Notes under the pieces: generated by a model
What the model was told of the DNA's origin: nothing
The model's input: the letters and a program-made list of their open reading frames with translations, nothing else
Databases searched by the model: none
Source: an uncultured Pseudomonadota bacterium
GTDB lineage: Bacteria > Pseudomonadota > Alphaproteobacteria > JACZXZ01
Assembly (NCBI GenBank): GCA_963749075.1
Contig: CAVVLJ010000016.1
Span: 160,001-224,000 of the forward strand
Reading direction: 5' to 3'
Length of the DNA stretch: 64,000 nt
Made by a program: the position numbers and the translations under genes
In this document: positions 60,602 through 64,000 of the stretch, piece by piece
Position numbering within the stretch: position 1 is the stretch's first letter
Layout of the letters: each line of letters starts with the position of its first letter

Positions 60602-60649
60602 CTGCTCAGGATAACCCACTGATACAATGGTGGGTTTCCTGGGTGGCAG
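60602..60649. promoter_or_regulatory. Probable CRISPR leader with IHF-like site
   Basis: 60612-60624 reads TATCAGTGGGTTA on the - strand, matching WATCARNNNNTTR; the segment also folds as an imperfect hairpin. Confidence 0.55.
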
Positions 60650-61003
60650 CTAGAAAAATTCAAGCTGGGCCGGCTGTGGCTGTGGCGGCTTCCGCTTTTT
60701 CCCCCAGAAAGTCCGTATTTTGGAGAATTGATTGTCGGTGATGACGACAAAGCTGACCTCTCCTTCCGGGGGGAGTTTTCGGCGCAGCCGCTCGATATGC
60801 ACTTCGGTGTTCTCAGTGCTGGCGCAGTGCCGATGGTAAACTGAATATTGCATCATCGAGAAACCATCGTCGAGTAAATCCTTGCGGAAGCGGGCATAGT
60901 GGCGTCGGTCTTCAGGCGCCGCTGTGGGGAGATCGAACATTGCAAGGACCCACATGGTCTTCCATCCGAGTGGCGATGCGGGAGCGCTAATCGGAGCGGT
61001 CAT
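60650..61003 (-). CDS. cas2: CRISPR-associated Cas2
   Basis: MWVLAMFDLPT, FRKDLLDDGFSMMQYSVY, ITDNQF, QLEFF. Confidence 0.96.
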   Translation of the reverse strand: MTAPISAPASPLGWKTMWVLAMFDLPTAAPEDRRHYARFRKDLLDDGFSMMQYSVYHRHCASTENTEVHIERLRRKLPPEGEVSFVVITDNQFSKIRTFWGKKRKPPQPQPAQLEFF

Positions 61004-61940
61004 GGGCCAACTCCGAAGGACCGCTCAAGTCGAGATCGCCCTGATGCAGGAACAACGAGGCCGGCAGGTCGAAATCCGGCTTGCCGCTCTCGTAGCTGCG
61101 GGCGAGCGAGGCCGTTGTCTGGTGGATAGCCAAGCCGATCGGAGTCCGGTGGACACCGATCTCAATGGTCTCATTCAGGACCGAGAGCAAAGCTGCCTTG
61201 GCCGTCCGATCCAGCTCCGCGAGCGCATGCCCCGACCGAGCTAATTCCGACACCTTGATGTCGATGAACGGCCGGTAAGGCTCCATCAGATCGTCGGCTA
61301 GACAAAATGGATTTGACCGGTTGTGATGATGTAGCCCCAAGCTGGGAATGAGACCGCTGCCGACGATGGCTCGTCCGACGGCGGCACGAATGATGGCGTA
61401 GCCGTAGTTCAAAGCGCTATTTGGTCCTGTTGCGTCGCGGTCGCGGCGAAAGTCGGTGCCAAATAGGACCTTCCAATAACGTTGGGCCGCCTGCGCCTCA
61501 AGATTGTCTGGATCGCCCGACCGCACCCGAGCTGAAAGAGCCGACAATCCCTCGTCCTTTCCGGCGATTTCCTTGATCACGTCGGCCTGCCGGGCGATTT
61601 TGGCGCGGATGATGCGGGCCCAGGCTTGCTTCTTGAATGGGAGAGATGCTTCGATCTGGTGGTGATGGCGTTCCGTTTGCGTCGAATGGGCATCGATGGG
61701 AAGAAAGACCCCGGCTGGGTGATGGTCTCGCGAGCAAAGCACGACTGCGGCCCCGGCTTCCATCAACTCAGTGAAGACGGAGTGAGTGTACGTCACGGCG
61801 GGGTGATCGACGATGACGACGCCGATATCTTCGATGGGAACGGTTGTTGCCGGACCCTCGGTTCTTTCGATGACGAGCTGCCGATGGGCGATAGACAGAC
61901 GGGCAGGCCCGCTGGATATCTCGAGCGTCCGCTTAATCAT
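60987..61940 (-). CDS. cas1: CRISPR-associated Cas1 (type II)
   Basis: VPIEDI, SGDPDNLEAQAAQRYW, NSALNYGYAIIR, GLHHHNRSNPFCLADDLMEPYRP. Confidence 0.97.
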   Translation of the reverse strand: MIKRTLEISSGPARLSIAHRQLVIERTEGPATTVPIEDIGVVIVDHPAVTYTHSVFTELMEAGAAVVLCSRDHHPAGVFLPIDAHSTQTERHHHQIEASLPFKKQAWARIIRAKIARQADVIKEIAGKDEGLSALSARVRSGDPDNLEAQAAQRYWKVLFGTDFRRDRDATGPNSALNYGYAIIRAAVGRAIVGSGLIPSLGLHHHNRSNPFCLADDLMEPYRPFIDIKVSELARSGHALAELDRTAKAALLSVLNETIEIGVHRTPIGLAIHQTTASLARSYESGKPDFDLPASLFLHQGDLDLSGPSELAHDRSD

Positions 61941-64000
61941 TGGCCAGCTTGACCTGCCCAATGGGATCGACCACGACCTTGTGTCCGCCTTGTCTCACGA
62001 GCGACGCGGGATTCGGTCGCCCCCAGACAATTCCGTCGGCATCGAGGTGATCCTCGAGGACGATCTGGCCATTCGCCCAGACGCCCGTCACCACCCTAAA
62101 GCCTCTTGAGTGCGGGCTGTCAGGCGACCGGAATTCAATTGTGTCACCGGGCGAAAGTGACATCACGAGCGCGCCTCCCCTAGGCGAGGTCTTTCTTACG
62201 ATGGCCTCCTTTCGAGATAGACGTTGAGCTGCTTTGAACAGAGGCACAACTTCAAAGGAGATTGCGCCATCATTTTCGCGGTAAATGGCCATGTGGTGAT
62301 TTTCACTAAGATCGGCGTACCCGGTGGATACCGGCGCCAGCAGGGACAACTGCTGCTTCGAGAGAACGCGCACTTTGCGGATCTCCGGGCCGCCGTTGCC
62401 TAGTCTCGGATAGGTCGCAAATGCCTTTTTCGGATCGCCGCCCCGCGCGTCAACCCACTGTTTAAGGATTTCTCTCACTGTATTGTCGCGGACAATCATC
62501 TTCACGCGGCCTTCGAGCTTGTCCTGGCTGAGCGCCTCAAATGGCAGCTCCTCGACGCGTTTTCGAGTGACGAGCAAACGGTAGGTGCTTTCGGATTTCG
62601 TTTCATCTTGGCCGGTGTCGCCGTAATAGGTCTCCGAGTGCAACGCGCCAGAGACCTTCTTGCGAACCCGATGGGACACGACAATCCGCTGCAGCACCTG
62701 ATCGGCATCAGATAGAATCGATGGCCACGGCTTCGGCAGCTCTGGCCGCAGACCTTTGCGCCAATCGGCATTCCAGTCCGATAGGCGTTTGACGAAGGCT
62801 GGGGTCGTGAGCGCCACTGCGAGGGCATCCACCGCATGGTGCCGGTGGTCGGCGCGGTTTTTTCGGTTGTTGTCGGAGAGCAGGGTATTTAGCTCCCAGG
62901 CGTCACGAAATTGCGCGGTGATGGACCCGTTGCAGGTTATGACTGGTGCCATGCTGCCGTCATCGGGATATAGGGACTTGAGAAAATCCCGCGCTAATAC
63001 CGAGGCGTAGGCAGTATCGCGTAGCTGCCGCTCCTCGAATTTCGGCGTGCCCGCCTCGGCAAAGCTCGCCGCGAGGAATCGCCTGATCTTCGGATGATGT
63101 GGATCATCGAAGCAAGACTTGAGGCGCATCTTTAGCTCATGATATTTTTCCGCGTCATGGCCGAAGACTTCGTATGGAGTCTTGTTGCCTTTAATGTTGC
63201 GATTGAATTCAACCTCGCAAAGGGTTTTGTTTGTAAAGCTGTTATCAAGGCTGCGGGATCGCGGCCAGATGTGTTCGAACGTCAAACTGCCCATTACGGA
63301 ATAGGGCGTCGAATCCGATCTTCTGGCCCGTATACGGGCATCGTTCGTTGCTCTCCTTCCATAGAAGCCATTTTTCAATATTTCGGCCGCTGGCGGGAAC
63401 GTCGCTGGCCTCAAGTTCCTTCGTCGCGGTCTTACGCTGGCGCTCACGATCGCGATTTCTCTTGTCGGTCGCTTCCCGGCGCTTTTTCGGTTGGCGGAGC
63501 TCCCGGGCCAGTTCCACGCGGATCATGTCTGGTTTTCCGTAGGCACGAACCAGGTTGTTGACGACCTTCCGCACTTCGTTGAGGGTACGAGTGACGGTTG
63601 GATTTCGCGTTTCCGGCATCTGTCTCGGATGGGCTGGCAGCACGTCTCTGATTTCGCCGGTCGGGCTGTCCATATTCGGGAAATGTTCCGACCGCCACTC
63701 GTGCCAATCTGGAGACATCGTGAGTTCGCCGACACCAACGCCCTTCTCCAGCTCGGGCAGCATCGTTTCGATTGCCTTTGTTGAAAGGCGGGTCCAGCCG
63801 GCTGGCAGATTCAGCTGACTTAGAGCCTGGGCCTGCTCTGTCGTGATGTCCCAATCACGTTCCATCGCGGCGGCCGCTTTGGCGCGTAATTCCGCTTGCT
63901 CTTTGCCGCGCCGAATCTCGATGCGCCGCTTGCCGACCGGCAGATAGTCGGCCAGGAAAATCCTTTCGTGTATCTGCGCGCGAATGCGGTCGTGTGCCGG
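61933..64000 (-). CDS. cas9: Cas9 (type II-C), C-terminal approx. 689 codons; 5' end outside window; +1 frameshift at about 63278 in the HNH motif
   Basis: RNPTVTRTLNEVRKVVNNL, RuvC-II IRVELAR, HNH RCPYTG...FDV|EHIWPRS...NKTLC...KGNKTPYE, RuvC-III DHRHHAVDA, SGALHSET; no cas4 or csn2 after cas2. Confidence 0.95.

Noticed and set aside
59878-60741. ORFs with repeating peptides (LRFAADPRFATV, CGLRPILDLLQ, AAVCGRSSICYS)
   Set aside because: Translations of the CRISPR repeats, not proteins.

Overview
High-GC (about 70% by eye) chromosomal window, most likely from an alphaproteobacterium (Rhodospirillales-like gene content; inference). In order: end of mrdA, rodA and tRNA-Lys(CTT); an accessory stretch (papain-like peptidase plus divergent nucleoside-phosphorylase-fold pair, decayed DUF389 gene, SulP-PPK2, PAS-GGDEF cyclase, orphan ABC membrane domain, HTH/PAS protein plus acyltransferase-like protein); a Wsp-like chemosensory cluster with two CHASE3 MCPs sharing a near-identical signalling domain and ending in a hybrid kinase and a probable c-di-GMP phosphodiesterase; a GT-C-like membrane protein; a nucleoside-type ABC transporter; a nicotinate-catabolism-type cluster (Mo hydroxylase, 6-hydroxynicotinate reductase, ApbE-like protein, DUF1185, ABC transporter, enamidase, MarR, with two matching palindromic operators); B12 radical SAM, MBL hydrolase, a SLOG plus double-SLATT protein, hmgA, KirBac channel, nadX, creatinase-fold hydrolase and hutI; and a type II-C CRISPR-Cas locus (12 repeats, cas2, cas1, 3' part of cas9). 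Six single-base frameshifts occur, four explicable by the same TC->TTC change, which points to sequencing error. The best candidates for undescribed systems are the peptidase/PNP-fold pair, the HTH-PAS/acyltransferase pair and the SLOG-SLATT protein. The CRISPR spacers are compositionally abnormal and may be an assembly artefact. All family calls come from motif recognition by eye; no database search was run.
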